From the human T2T-CHM13v2.0 reference genome, Homo sapiens, in assembly GCF_009914755.1 (NCBI RefSeq), contig NC_060927.1: a DNA stretch of 64,000 nucleotides; one strand, given 5' to 3'. A program made the translations under genes and the position numbers. The notes beneath the pieces were generated by a model. That model saw only the letters and a list, made by a program, of their open reading frames with translations. It ran no database searches and was not told where the DNA came from. Below, one piece after another: positions 1 through 15,256 of this stretch. The first letter of the stretch is position 1, and each line of letters begins with the position of its first letter.

Positions 1-1115
1 GCTGAGAAGATGCTCACAGCGCAGTTTTAAAGTTGCAGAGGAAATAAGAGATAACATACCTTAAAGAGATTTTTATGTCATTCTGTAACTGCACTCGACT
101 ACGGCTTCTTTTGGAAGCACACAAAAAAATCCGATGGATTTGGGCCTCATTATGATATGTATCACTGTTTTCTAGATAATAATATGCTACAAGGCATCTT
201 GGTGAATATTTTAAGCACACAACAATGCAGACTGTAAATATCTGTGCCTCAATTAGAATATTCAGAGATTTCACATCTTTCAAAGGGGCTTAGCCAAAGG
301 CTTCCCCAAGCTGCACACACTGCTGCTTTGCCTCTCCTTTATGCTTTATTGAATCTGTTAGAAGAGAAACACATCTCTTAGTCATCAGACTTCTTGCTGA
401 CAACACCTGTCAGTCTGTCACTCTACTTCAGAGATAGCTACTACACGGCATCATTTGACAGAATTAGGAAGAAAATGGGAAAAAATCTATCTGAGATAAT
501 TATTCTCACAAAAGGAATGCTACAACTATTAGTTTTTGAAACTACATTCAAGGAAATACCTGGAAAGTGAAGATTAGAATGATTTTATCAAAAACATGTA
601 TCAGCGATGTTAGAAATCATGATGGATTTTCATATATCATCGAGAAACTTGAAAAAAACTCAGATGTCTTGTATCAAAAACTGAACATATATATCCTTTT
701 CCAAAATTTATTTCTACTGAAAGGGAAATATTCTCACTCAAATTTTTGTGAAGCTAAAATATTAAATATTTCAGTGTGCAAACAAGTTTTAGAAAAGTAA
801 TTGACTTCAGAAAAGCTTTGAGAATTAAACTTCTATAGCAATTTAAAAAGCTTACTAAGTGATAGATATTTCCAAGACTAATGATTTTTAGAGTCTTTTT
901 TTACAGAGTCTCTTATTGGTTCTTTTTATTAATTTATCTTTTATTTATTCAATACATTATAATATCTAACTTATAACATATTTTACAGTATTATCTATAA
1001 ATAAGAGACAAATTACTTTAAAAAGCATGAAGTTATGTTTTTTCTTCACTGTCTTTGCAATTACTTTCTTTAAAATCAAACTATCACATAATCAGACAGC
1101 TTTAATGCCAAGAAG

Positions 1116-1143
1116 CACACACACACACACACACACACACACA
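1116..1143 (+). repeat. (CA)n microsatellite
   Basis: About 14 CA units read directly from the sequence. Confidence 0.95.
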
Positions 1144-3761
1144 ACACTACACTATATTCCTACAATCATTGATATTTTAAACTGTTGTGTTCGTCTTGTT
1201 GTTTTTCTTTGTTTTGTTGGTATAGATGCTTTACTTTTTATGAAACTATTTTAGGTAAGTAGAAAAAATTAATCAGGAAACTTTAATTTTGCCACTCTAA
1301 GTCACAGAGTAATTGAGGAATGAGTACATTGGGATTTCTTTCTTCAAAATTGTGACAATGTTTTTGTTGTTGTTGTTTCTTTGTCTCATTTTTCTAAAGG
1401 ATGAAAAGGTCACCTGGAACCTCCAGAGGGAAAAACATATAAATTAATGAAAATTTAGTTAATACAATGTGTGAAATGTGTTTTTTTCTTAATGACCACA
1501 ACAGAGACTTTCTTGGGAAACTATTCCTATTAGCTATGGTTTTACTATTTATTATAAATATATTTATTTCAAATTGGATGAAATATTTCTGTTTGGTATG
1601 GAGGCATCCTATAAAAGTAATACCAATAATTTTTATTATTTCCAACAGCAGAAAATAATGCCTATGGTATATATCACAAGATTTGATATCTTCTCGAATT
1701 AAGTATTGATGTCTTTTTTAACCACAAGTGACTAATTTTGTATATTTATATAATAATTTTTTTTACAATTTAGTAAGGTGTTCCTTATTTATGTATATGT
1801 GTGCATGTATATATAAGTGGATATATATGTGGATATTTATGTATATGACTTATTTTAATCTGTGTATTTTTGTTGTTGCTAAGGAAGTTTCTACAAAAGA
1901 ATAACTATAGTAATGACAATAAATAGTTTTTAAATTCATTCAGGTCATGAGACTTCTTACTGTGCTATATGTTATAACTCCTTTGTTAAAACAGTATTTG
2001 TCAAAAGAAATCCCTTCACTGATTTTCTTGGGAAAATATTTCAATGCAAAATGGCTCAATTGTCCTCAAAGTACAACTTTAACGTCATTGTTCATAATCA
2101 GACCCGCTGCCATATTACCTTATTTAAAATGCCTTTCAACAGGAATGATTTTAGCTGAAGAAGAACAATTTTTAAAAATCTCCTAAAAAGCTCTTAATCA
2201 GTGAATCAGAAATCATGGGAATCATGAGCAAAATGACCCAAGAGCTTGCCTTTAAAAAATACAAGAACTGAGTACAATCTGTACTGGTATTTCAGAACCA
2301 CTGCTTTTAAGAATGTTGCTTTTTATTTTAAATGTAAACCTCACATCAAATATACTTTCTGAAAGTTAGTAGTCTGTTCAGAAGTGGAATTCTATAATCA
2401 TGTCTTTATTTCATCTGAGTATTTTTTGTTCTGCATTCTGAGTTCTTATTGTTTATTGCAAATAATAGCAGGGTGTTGGTTTTCTTCTTATGAATGCTTT
2501 CTTAAAGTTTCTTCTCTAAAAAGAGTCATTTTGCCTAAGGTTCCACAGGCACACTTTTTTAGAAATATATTTTTCCTTATTTTTCTTTCCCTAGCTTCTA
2601 TTTAGAGGTTATTTCTAGGTTTTTCACAGCTTTATCTTTGAGCAGCCATAGTAATTGGAGTGAAGGTAGATAGATATTTTGTTACAAGATAGGTGCTCAC
2701 AATAGCCTCAAATTAAAACCATAGTAAACTCTACCTATCATCCTAGGTACCTGCCACTGATACTGACCATTTGGGTCTTGGTGTGAGTATCCTTAGCTTC
2801 TCCCCCAAATTACGTAGTCTTACAACTATTTAAACCTTCCATATCATTTATTTGCAGGCAATTTTGTGGGATGTTTGCAGGTTACACTTCCAGTAACACC
2901 TTGCAAAATACATATCTAGCAAAGTCAAGAATAAGATTGAACAAATTTGAAGTCTATCATGTACCAAAAAGCCTCAGAAGTACCAAGATTTGAGTCAATC
3001 ATCAGCTTTTACACTAACATTTTGTCCAGGAAGAAGTTTACTTAAATTATTAAAAAATCATAAAATAGTAGCAAAGGGCTAGGAAAATTATGTTTAGTAC
3101 TTGATATAAAATGAACATAACATATAGACCTATTATTTCAAATCATTTTAGTGGCTTGAGAATATAAATATCTAAAGTAGAATTGATTTTTATTTTAACT
3201 TTTTAGTAACTTTGATCAGAATGTAAAGTCACATTATTCACTCAATGTGCAGCAGGTAGCATGTGAGAGGACTGATTTTCAAAATGGGATTATCTAGAAT
3301 AAGAAATATGCTGCACATCACATATGAAGAAAATGGCAAATGTGTAGCAAGAAACACTGTTATATTCAATGGTTTCATTCACTTGGAAATATTTTCTTAT
3401 ACGTATTTATTTTTTGGAAAATAAGAATTTAAATTTTTATGATTCTTATAACCCTAGACAAAATTTTAATTATATCATTAAGATCAAACTTCATGGAAAG
3501 TGATTCTCTCACAGAGAAAATGTGAAGACCAATGAGTTTAAATATACATGTGTGCGTTGGTTGGAGGGGGTGTGTGTGTGTGGATATCTTCTAGAATGGG
3601 AAGTAGAAAAATTTATGAGTACGTCAGAGAAATAAAATTTAACTGAAAAATGACCTTCAAATAGACCTTTAGAGAAAGTCTAAGTGGACAATAAGCAGGG
3701 TTATGTTAATTACCATATTTCTATTCAAATAAGACTAATGAAACAGAACTTAAACTATGAG

Positions 3762-5468
3762 ATTTTTTAAATTTCAACTTTTATGATAGGTTAAAGGGTA
3801 TATTTGCAGGTTTGTTACATGGGTAAATGTGTGATTCTGAGGGTTGTGGTCCCAACAGTCTCATCACCCAGGCAGCAAGCATAATATCAACAGATCATTC
3901 TTCAGTGCAAGCCCCTCCCCCTCCCTCACCCTTCTAGTCATCCCCAGTGGCTATTTCTCCCATCTTTCCATTTCTATGTATTCAACATTTAGCTCTCAGT
4001 TATAAGTGAGAACATGTGCCATTTGGTTTTCTGCTCTTAAGATGATTTGCTTAGGATAATGACCACTGGCTCCATTCACGGTTGCTGCAAACAACATGAT
4101 TGCATTCTTTTTATGACTGTGTAGAATTCCATGTTGTAAATATACCACATTTTCTTTATGAAATTCACTGTGGATGGGCACCTACTTTGATTCTATGTCT
4201 TTGCTGTTGTAAATAGCACAGCTGTGAACATACAGGTACATGTGTCTTTTTGATAGAATGAATTAGTTTGTATTGTGTATAACCTTTTAAGCTCTCTAAG
4301 AAATCTCCAAGCTGTTTTCCACAGTGACTGAACTAGTTTTCATTTCCACCAACAGTGCATAAGCATTTTCTCTTCTCCACAGACTTGCCAACATCTGCTG
4401 TTTTTCAGCTTCTTAATAATCATCATTCTGACTGATGTGAGGTGATATCTCATTGTGGTTTTCATTTGCATTTCTCTGATGACTACTAATGTGGAGCATT
4501 TTCTCATCTTTGTTACCTACTTGTTCATCTTCTTTGAGAATTGTCTGCTCATGCCCTTTGCCCATTTGTTAACTGGAGTTTTTGTCTTTTGCTTGTTGAT
4601 TTAAGTTTCTTGTAGATTCTAGATTCTGGGTATTAGACCTTTTTTAGATACATACTTTGCAAATGTTTTCTCACATTCTGTACTCTATCTGTTTTAATCT
4701 TTTGGTAATTTGCTTTCCAGAACCTCTTTATTTTAATTGGGTCCCACTTGTCAATTTGTTGTTGTTGCAATTGCTTTGGGGCACTTGGTCATAAATTATT
4801 TGCCAAAACCTATAGCACGAAAAGTATTTCCTAGGCATTGTTTCAGGATTTTTACAGTTTGAGGTCTTAAATTTAAGTCCTTAATCCCGCTTGAGTTAAC
4901 TTTCATATACGGTGAAAATTAGGGTTCTAGTTTCATTTTCCAGCATATGACTAACCAGCTATCCCAGCATCATTTATTGAATAGGGAATCCTTTCCCATT
5001 GCTTAGTTTTGTTGATTTTTACATGGCTGTAGGTGTGCAGGTTTATTTCTGGGTTCTCTAATTTGTTTCACTTGTCTATATGTCCATGCTGTGCCATGCT
5101 GTTTATATTACTGTAGCCTTATAGCATAGTTTGAAAGTTGGGCAATATGATGCCTCCAGCTTTCTTTTTTTGTTGTTTAGGACTGCTTTGGCTGTTTGGG
5201 CTCTTTTTTAGTTCTATATCAATTTTAGAATTGATTTTTCTAGTTCTGTGAAAATTACATTGATATTTTGATAGGGATTTTCTTGAATCTGTAGTATGGT
5301 CATTTATACTATACCGATTCTTCCCAACCATAAACATGAACTATTTCTGTATTTATTTGTGTCATCCATGACTTCTTTTAGCAGTGTTTTGTAGTTCTAC
5401 TTGCAGAAATCTTTCACCTCCTTGGTTAGATGAACTCCTAAGTATTTCATTTTCTTTGTGGCTATTGA
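3762..5468 (-). mobile_element. 5'-truncated L1 (L1PA15/16 or L1PB-like), 3'UTR plus ORF2 end
   Basis: L1 3' end motif 'gcaggtttgttacatgggtaaa'; degenerate ORF2 peptides on the minus strand (…AGGIILPNF…). Confidence 0.9.
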
Positions 5469-6401
5469 AGCTGAGATCTATTTTTTCTTAAAGAAAAACA
5501 TTGATTTTTTTTTTCAAAGCATTGTATACAGGAGACCTGAATGTCACAAGAAGTCCATTTGACAGATGGTTGAAAGAAAACACATGTACCTCTTGATCAT
5601 TTTTATCACCCTAACACTATTAAAATTCACAGATATGTTCTATAATTTCAAAAGGAAAAATTGCAAGATATACATACTCTAGTAGTTGTTGGACCTAGAT
5701 TTCAAACACTTTTTCAAATTGTCTTAAATAAGTATAGCTCTGAGATGAGACTAACTGCTCTTGACAGCAGGATTATATCAGATCATCATCATCAGAAATG
5801 ATTTTTAATGTTTATCTCAAAGTCTATGCAGCCTAGATGCTTAAAAGTGTCAGACAGAAGTTTTTCCTACTTAGCTGGTTTAACAGAAGGTTTAATGGAA
5901 GAAACCATTGTGAAGGAAATTTGTTCTCAGTACTGATCTCTATATAAATCAGATTATGATAATTTTATGAATCTCTATGTACCCTGTACTGTTTATCAGA
6001 CATTGTATAGTGTAGCTTTCTGGAGCAGGTTGTGAAGAGGTGACTTGTGACCTTGAGGGCTACAGAAAGGAGTAAAGATAGTAACATCATTTGCATTCAT
6101 TTTCATAGTACCAAATTTCCTGGATTAAGGTCAACTAAAAATCATTATGAGGCCGCTACTATATAAAGAGTAATATATAATGCAGTGCATAAACATTGTA
6201 AGAAAAAATAAACCAAACTATATGATCTTGAGAATAATAATGTTGGAAAGTTCTGCACAAACGAATTTCTACTGGTTACCTACATAATATCACTAATTCT
6301 GTCCTCTGGGCCTTAGTTCATGAAATGCCTTTATTGGCTTGGTACTGGCCCCCTTTTTATCAGAATAACTGTTACTTATTCCTATGGCTCAGCACATATG
6401 A

Positions 6402-6742
<341 letters not shown>

Positions 6743-6839
6743 TAAAGGAACCCTTATTTCATATTCCTTTCTCCTGACTCAGGCTACGACACCACTATCT
6801 TTTTTTCTGCTCCTATGGTTCCCTACCCTGTGCTCTAAG

Positions 6840-6957
6840 CAATGTGAGGGTACAGATCATGCTTACTTGCCCTTCTATCCTCACTCTCTAGCCCAGGGCC
6901 AGGCACACAGTAGAAGTCCAAAGAGTGGCCTCAGAAGCAGGGAGTGAATGAATGCAT
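6840..6957 (+). mobile_element. L2 3'-end fragment
   Basis: 'ccagggccaggcacacagtag…gaatgaatg' resembles the L2 terminus. Confidence 0.5.
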
Positions 6958-8904
6958 GGGTGCTTCCCTGGCATGCACTTTGGAGGTGCACCATTCTAAA
7001 CCTTACAAGTCAAAGAAAAGCTTCCCACTGTTGAGGGAAACTCAAAGCATCTGCCACACTACACTTTTGTATAATACACAAATCCTTGGTTTAAATTCAT
7101 TCACTTTACAGCTCTGGGCTTTGATTTGTGTGGTTTTAATGAGAAGAGGAGAAGTGAAGATGTGGGGGCATTGTTAGGAGAAGGTGCCACATACTTTGAG
7201 ATAATCATTTCCAGAGGCAAGACAGGCAATATGAGACAAGCACATCCTTTCTCTCGTTTTTAAGTGTGTTTTATATGTTTTTATCTTTTTTTGTGTGAGA
7301 CGCTTCAGAAGGCCAGACACTTTTTCCCTTACAGCAGCTGAGGTCAGGTTGAAGAGGAATTCAAAACCAATCAATAATAGCATATAAGCATGGACATGTT
7401 GGAAATGGCCTTCATTTTCTGTTTCTTTACTTCTTGGCCCTGGATATCGTCAGACATTCAATATGTTACATTGTGAGTCCTTCTGAATAAAAATAAATTA
7501 AATTAAATCATATGTCTTTCCCCCTACATTGTACAACTTACAACAGAAATATATTTGTAGATGTGTGTATGTGTGTATTTAGAGAGAAGGAGAAAATCTC
7601 ATAGTTATATCTGGCTACTAGAAAATAATTATAAATTATATGATCAAGGCCCTTAGTCACTCTATAGACTTCAACCCTCCCTTGGCCCCAAAAGTGTCAT
7701 GTTTACAGGGGCAACTGAGGAACCTGAATAACGGTCAAGGAAACGGAAAAAAGCGATGATGGTCATAAAGAGATATGGATCATTTATTAAAAGGTTGAGC
7801 TGCCACTGAACTTTGTCATAAATTTCAAGAACTTCAAGAACCCCATGTGAAACAGAGACCTGAAGCCGACGTGACCTTCAGACTCCCACCCCATTCATAT
7901 AGATTTGTAGTTTGTAAAGGGGCAACTGTCTATTGAATGGCCTTACAGCAGTGCCTGTACCTCTGCACATAAATGATTTTTTTTTTGCTTTTAGTGGAAA
8001 ATGTCTACTATGTAGTTCTAAGACACTGCATAGACTACATAGACTATGACTATTAATGGCCATACTAGTAGACCTTGCAGTAGTAATAGGCTTAGACTAG
8101 TACTACTAGTAGACTATGACTAGACTCCTCTGCAGAGAAAGAATCCTCTCCAGAGAGAGGCTTTGTGTAAAATTTTCCTGAATGCAATGAAAATCAAAAC
8201 ATTCCCAGTTAGAAAACACTGTCGATTTCGTTTGATAAGAATAGTAGACTATGGCTGCTATTCATATGAGTAGACTACAGCTCCTATACTTGTGAGATAA
8301 TGCTGTTTAAATCTCCAGTCTCACAACCTTATTATCCAAAAGGAGAAAAAGAAACAGAAAGATTGTGAAACATCCAGTGAAGCGATAGGGGCTTGTCTTA
8401 CATGAGAAAAGAATGTTATTATTGCCTCTGCAATCTTAGGTATCACTGGTATTGCCCTTCTAACCATGATTTCTGCTTTAAATATTGGACTGTTTGACAT
8501 AAAATAGTCAATCCCAATAAAAAGCCATTTGAAATGAGAATAAGTAATATGTGAGTGGGACAGCTGGTGCTGCAAACCTCACCTCATGGGCTCATAATCT
8601 GAGATAGCTGGAGTACTACTGGCATTCGTTAAATTAATTGTTAGAGGAAAGTTGAACAAAAACTGCTGTAAGTTGTATTATACATGAAACCTATAAGCAT
8701 TCTTTATTTATTGAAATGCTGTAATGCTTTTAAATGCAGTAGTATTTTCTTGATTACAAAATAAAGAACACATCTTTTTTTGCTTGTTTTTTGACATAGT
8801 TGTTCAAAGTTGGGATAAAAATAGGGATTTAGCTGGAGTAAAAATTAAATGTAAAACTACTTGCCTATCTAAAACAAATTAGGTATTTGATTTTAGAAAA
8901 TGTG

Positions 8905-9000
8905 CTTTGAGCCTCACAACTGTTGTGAAGATTGAATAAGATAATTTTTAAAACACTCAGTAGAAAGATGGATATAAAATAATTGCACAATATGAAAATT
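8905..9000 (+). mobile_element. MIR fragment
   Basis: 'cctcacaactgttgtgaagattgaataagataat' resembles the MIR core. Confidence 0.5.
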
Positions 9001-9829
9001 AATTATAAAAAATAAAGCTACATCATAAATCTTTAAACAAAACGATAAAATTCAATATACCATATTTTTAATTTTTTTTCAATTTCTGACCACCTTTTAT
9101 ATTACATGTTTCATTGCCTTTGACAGTGATGACAAATGGAATAAGATTTTTGTTCACTAGAGGAAGCTCAATAGTATTTATCATGGCAATCAACTTGGAA
9201 ATTTCTGGTGGGTAAGCGTCACTCAGGTGTCTATCAAACAACAACTCAAGGACTCACATGAATCCTGGTTTCTCCTGTTTTCTTAAAAAATACTGTAAAA
9301 TCTGGAATTATACAGTAAACATGTTCATTCTGATTGTGAATCCCACTTGAGTCACATGGTGTCAGATGGAAAATGAGTAGAAAGGGACAGGAAGCTGCCA
9401 ACTGAAAGAAGAAGAGCTAGTATGAGTAGAACATTTTGCAAGATGTGGCTTTGATTGTAAGTGAGCCATTTTTAAAATCCTCATTATTTTAGGTTAGTAC
9501 ATGATCTCTTTCCTGAAGGTGAGCAGACTCCAGAGGTACACACTTGGAACCCAGAGTGAACTCTGAAATTCATCTAGAAACCTGCATCATTGAGCATTTG
9601 AAATTAATCATCACGATGCACAAGGAGAGCATGCTGAGGCAGAAAGGACAATTTCATTTGAAAATAACAGAATGCACGTTTTAGCTGGGAATATTTTGAC
9701 TTTCATTGCATTCATGAAAATTCTGCACAAAACCTCTTTCTCTGGAAAGGATTCCTGAGAAAGAGAAGGGCTTCCTATGTGAACATAAAACACCCTCAAA
9801 GCCCTGGCTTTATTTATCTGTATGTTTAC

Positions 9830-12632
9830 ATTTTCTACTTTTATTTTAGATTCAGGGGATGCATGGGTAAATTTGTTACCTAGGTACATTGTGTTGATGC
9901 TGACGTTTGGAGTATAAGTTATCCCATCTAAGTATAGTGCCTAATAGTTTTTCTAGTACTATAGTGTCCAATAATTTTTCAACTCATGGCCCTCTTCTTC
10001 TCTTTCCTTCTGGGTAGTTCCCAGTGTCTCTTGTTGCCATATTTATATTCATGAGCACCCAGTGTTTAGCTCCCACATATAAATGAGAACACACTGAATT
10101 TGATTTTCTGTTCCTCTGTTAATTTACTTAAGATAAAGGCCTCCACTTGCATCCATGTGGCTGCAAAAGACACAATTTTCTTATTTTTCTGGCTGCATAG
10201 TATTCTATAGTGTATATGTACCACATATTTTTTTTTAAATCCAATCCAATATTGATGGACACCTAGGTTGATTCCGTGTCCTTGCTATTGTGAATAGTGC
10301 TGCAACGAACATGCAAGTTCATGTGTCTTTTTGGTAGAACAATTTGTTTTCTTTTAGATTTATACACAGTAATGGGATTGCTGGGTCAAATTGCAGCTCT
10401 GTTTTAAGTTCTTTGAGGAATTTCCAAAGTGCTTTTCATAGTGGCAGAACTAATTTATTTCCCAAAAAAATGTAAAAGCATTCCCTTTTTTTCACAGCCC
10501 TGTTAGCATCTGTACTTTTTTCACTTTTTAATAATAGTCATTAATTAATAATAGTCATTCTGACTGGTGGGAGATGGTATTGCAATGTGGTTTTGGTTTG
10601 CATTTCTCAGATTATTACTGATGTGAAGCAATTTTTATATGTTTATTGGCTGCTTGTATGTCTTCTTTTGAGAAGTGTCTGTTCATGTATTTTGCCCATT
10701 TTTTATGGGCATACATGTTCCTAGTTTGTTCAACAAAAACATTGTTTAGGTTTCTTATAGAGTTTAGATATTAGACCTTTGTCAGATGCATAGTTTGAGA
10801 ATATTTTCTCCCATTCTGTTGGTTGTCTTTTTACTCCGTTGGTAGTTTCTTTTGCTGTGCAGAAGCTCTTTAGTTTAGTTAGGTCTCACTTGTCAACTTT
10901 TATTTTTGTCGAAATTGTTTTTGAGGACTTAATCATCAATTCTTTCCCAAGGCCAATGTTCAGAATGGTGTTTCCTTGTTTTATTTTGTATTTTTCTAGG
11001 ATTTTAATAGTTTGAGATTTTACATTTAAATCTGTAATCCATCTTGAGTCCATTTTTGCATGTGGTTAAAGGTAGGAAATGTGTGTGAATTTACTTTTTA
11101 CAAGGAATGACAAGTCTGGTCCCTAGCTGATTCTTTTGGGAGTTGACTATTCTCATTTACATTCACTGTAATGTTTTTGTATCAATTCACCTTATTACTG
11201 GATATCTCCATTGTCTAATGCTATTTAGGCATCCTCTATGGAAGGAACATTAAGTGGTGCTGAATTTAAGATACATGAGCTTGTCAGAGTCACTCTTGCC
11301 CTTCTCATTTTCATACTTAGCAGTTTCATTCTTCTGCATATGGCTAGCCAGTTATCAAAGCACCATTGATTGAATAGAGAGTCCTTTCCCCATTGCTTAC
11401 TTTTGTTGACTTTGTGGAAGATCAGATGCCTTTAGGTGTATGCCTTTATTCTTGGGTTCTCTCTTCTGTTCCATTGTTCTATGTGTCTGTTTTTGTAGCA
11501 GCACCATGGTGCTTTGGCTACTGTATAAGTAGCTTACTGTATAAGCCTTATAGTATAAGTGGATAATGTGATGCTTCTAGCTTTGTTCTTTTTGCTTAAG
11601 ATTTCTTTGGCTATTCAGTCCTTTTATTGGTTCCATATGAATTTTAGCTTACTTTTGTCTAGTTCTGTGAAACATGACATTGATAGTTCAATAGGAATAG
11701 CATTAGATCTGTAGATTGCTTTGAGCAGTATGGCCATTTTCATGATATTTATTCTTTTAATCCATGAGCATGGAATTTTTTTTCCATTTGTTTCTGTCAT
11801 CTGTGATTTCTTTTAACAGTTTTTTATAGTTCTCTTTGTTGAGATCTTTCACCCCCTTGGTTAGATGTATTCCTCTGCATTTATTTTTTGTGTGTTGCTA
11901 TTTTAAATGGGATTGTGTTCTTAATTTGGTTCTTTGCTTTAATGTTATTCGTGTATAGAAATGCTACTAATTTTTGTACATTGATTTTGTATTCTGAAAC
12001 TTTATTGAAGTTGTTTATCAGTTCCAGGAGCCTTTTGGTGTGATCTTTAGGGTTTTCTAGGTATAGAATCATATTGTCCATGAACGTAGACAGTTTGACT
12101 TCTTGTTTCACTATTTGGATGCCTTTTATTATTTCTCTTACCTGATTGCTTTGGCTACCACTTGCAGCACTATGTTGAATAGGAGTCGTGAGAGTGGACA
12201 TCCTTGTCTTGTTTCAGTTCTCAAACAGAATACTTCCAGTTTCTGTCTATTCAGTGTGATGTTGGCTGTGGTTTTGTCATATATGGCCCTCATTATTTTG
12301 AGGTATGTTCCTTAAAGGCTTAGTTTCTTGAGGATACTTATCATGAAGGGATGTTGGATTTTATCAAAAATAAAATCTGCATATACTAAAATTATAATAT
12401 AATTTTTGTTGTTAATTCTGTTTGGCTGGTAAATCATATTTATTAATTTGTGTGTGTTGAACCAAGCTTGTATCCCAGGAATAAAGCGTATTTGCTCATG
12501 TTGAATTTCTATTTCGATATGTTGTTGAAGTTGGTTTGTTAGTATTTTGTTGAAGATTTTTGTGTCAACATTCATCAGAGATATTGGCCTATATTTTTCT
12601 TTTTTGCATTGTATCTTTGCCAGGTTTTGGTG
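9830..12632 (-). mobile_element. 5'-truncated L1 (L1PA16-like), interrupted at 11077-11320 by non-L1 DNA
   Basis: L1 3'UTR plus RT-region remnants (…[19 protein letters not shown]…, …YRPISLMNVDTKIFNKIL…). Confidence 0.92.
11077..11320 (+). other. Templated insertion, a copy of about 16583-16822
   Basis: Gap-free match, about 88% identical by hand count, to the unique sequence after the (GT)n at 16.6 kb. Confidence 0.92.
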
Positions 12633-13340
12633 ATATACCACATTTTAGAAGAGATTAATACTAGTCATAATGCTCATGAGTCTTGCCACGTCATGAGACA
12701 ACTTCCAATACAGAGTGTAATTAAATATAAAGTCAAGCTGTTTAGAAACTCTACAGATTTGTTTATTTCCTGATGCATCAAAACTGACAATAATAATTTC
12801 AAGAATATATATGTTTCTTTATAACATGGTTCCTTCATTTGACTCCTCAAAGACTGTGTTATAAACAAAAGAAAAGCTATTTCAAAGAGTTTAAATGTCA
12901 TAAAATTTGGAGAGGAAAAAAAGCTGATAAATTCATGTCTTTCATGATCTTTTTCAAAAGGAAAGGCAAGTATTTAAGTGATCTCTTGAGTCTATTTGGA
13001 CACAATCAACTCTTAATTATCTAACAATCTGTCAAATTCACTGACCCCCAAATCAGACCTTCCTGGAATTCTGTTTGATTTCAAATTATTTTTAGACTAG
13101 CTTTCCTATTTTAGTAACTGTTTTTCTTTCATCATATTTGAGATTTTATTTTATTTTATTTTATTTTTCTTAAATATGCAATTTTAATAAAACAAGAATA
13201 AATTTAGATTTATTTAATGTTTGGGAACAATACTGAGACAAAAAATCTTATGGCATTCATTAGTTCTGTTTTACTAATGTGGCTTCTTTAGTTTGTTTTC
13301 TAATTTTAGAATATATATTCTCTGTATATTAATTTATGCA

Positions 13341-15256
<1,916 letters not shown>

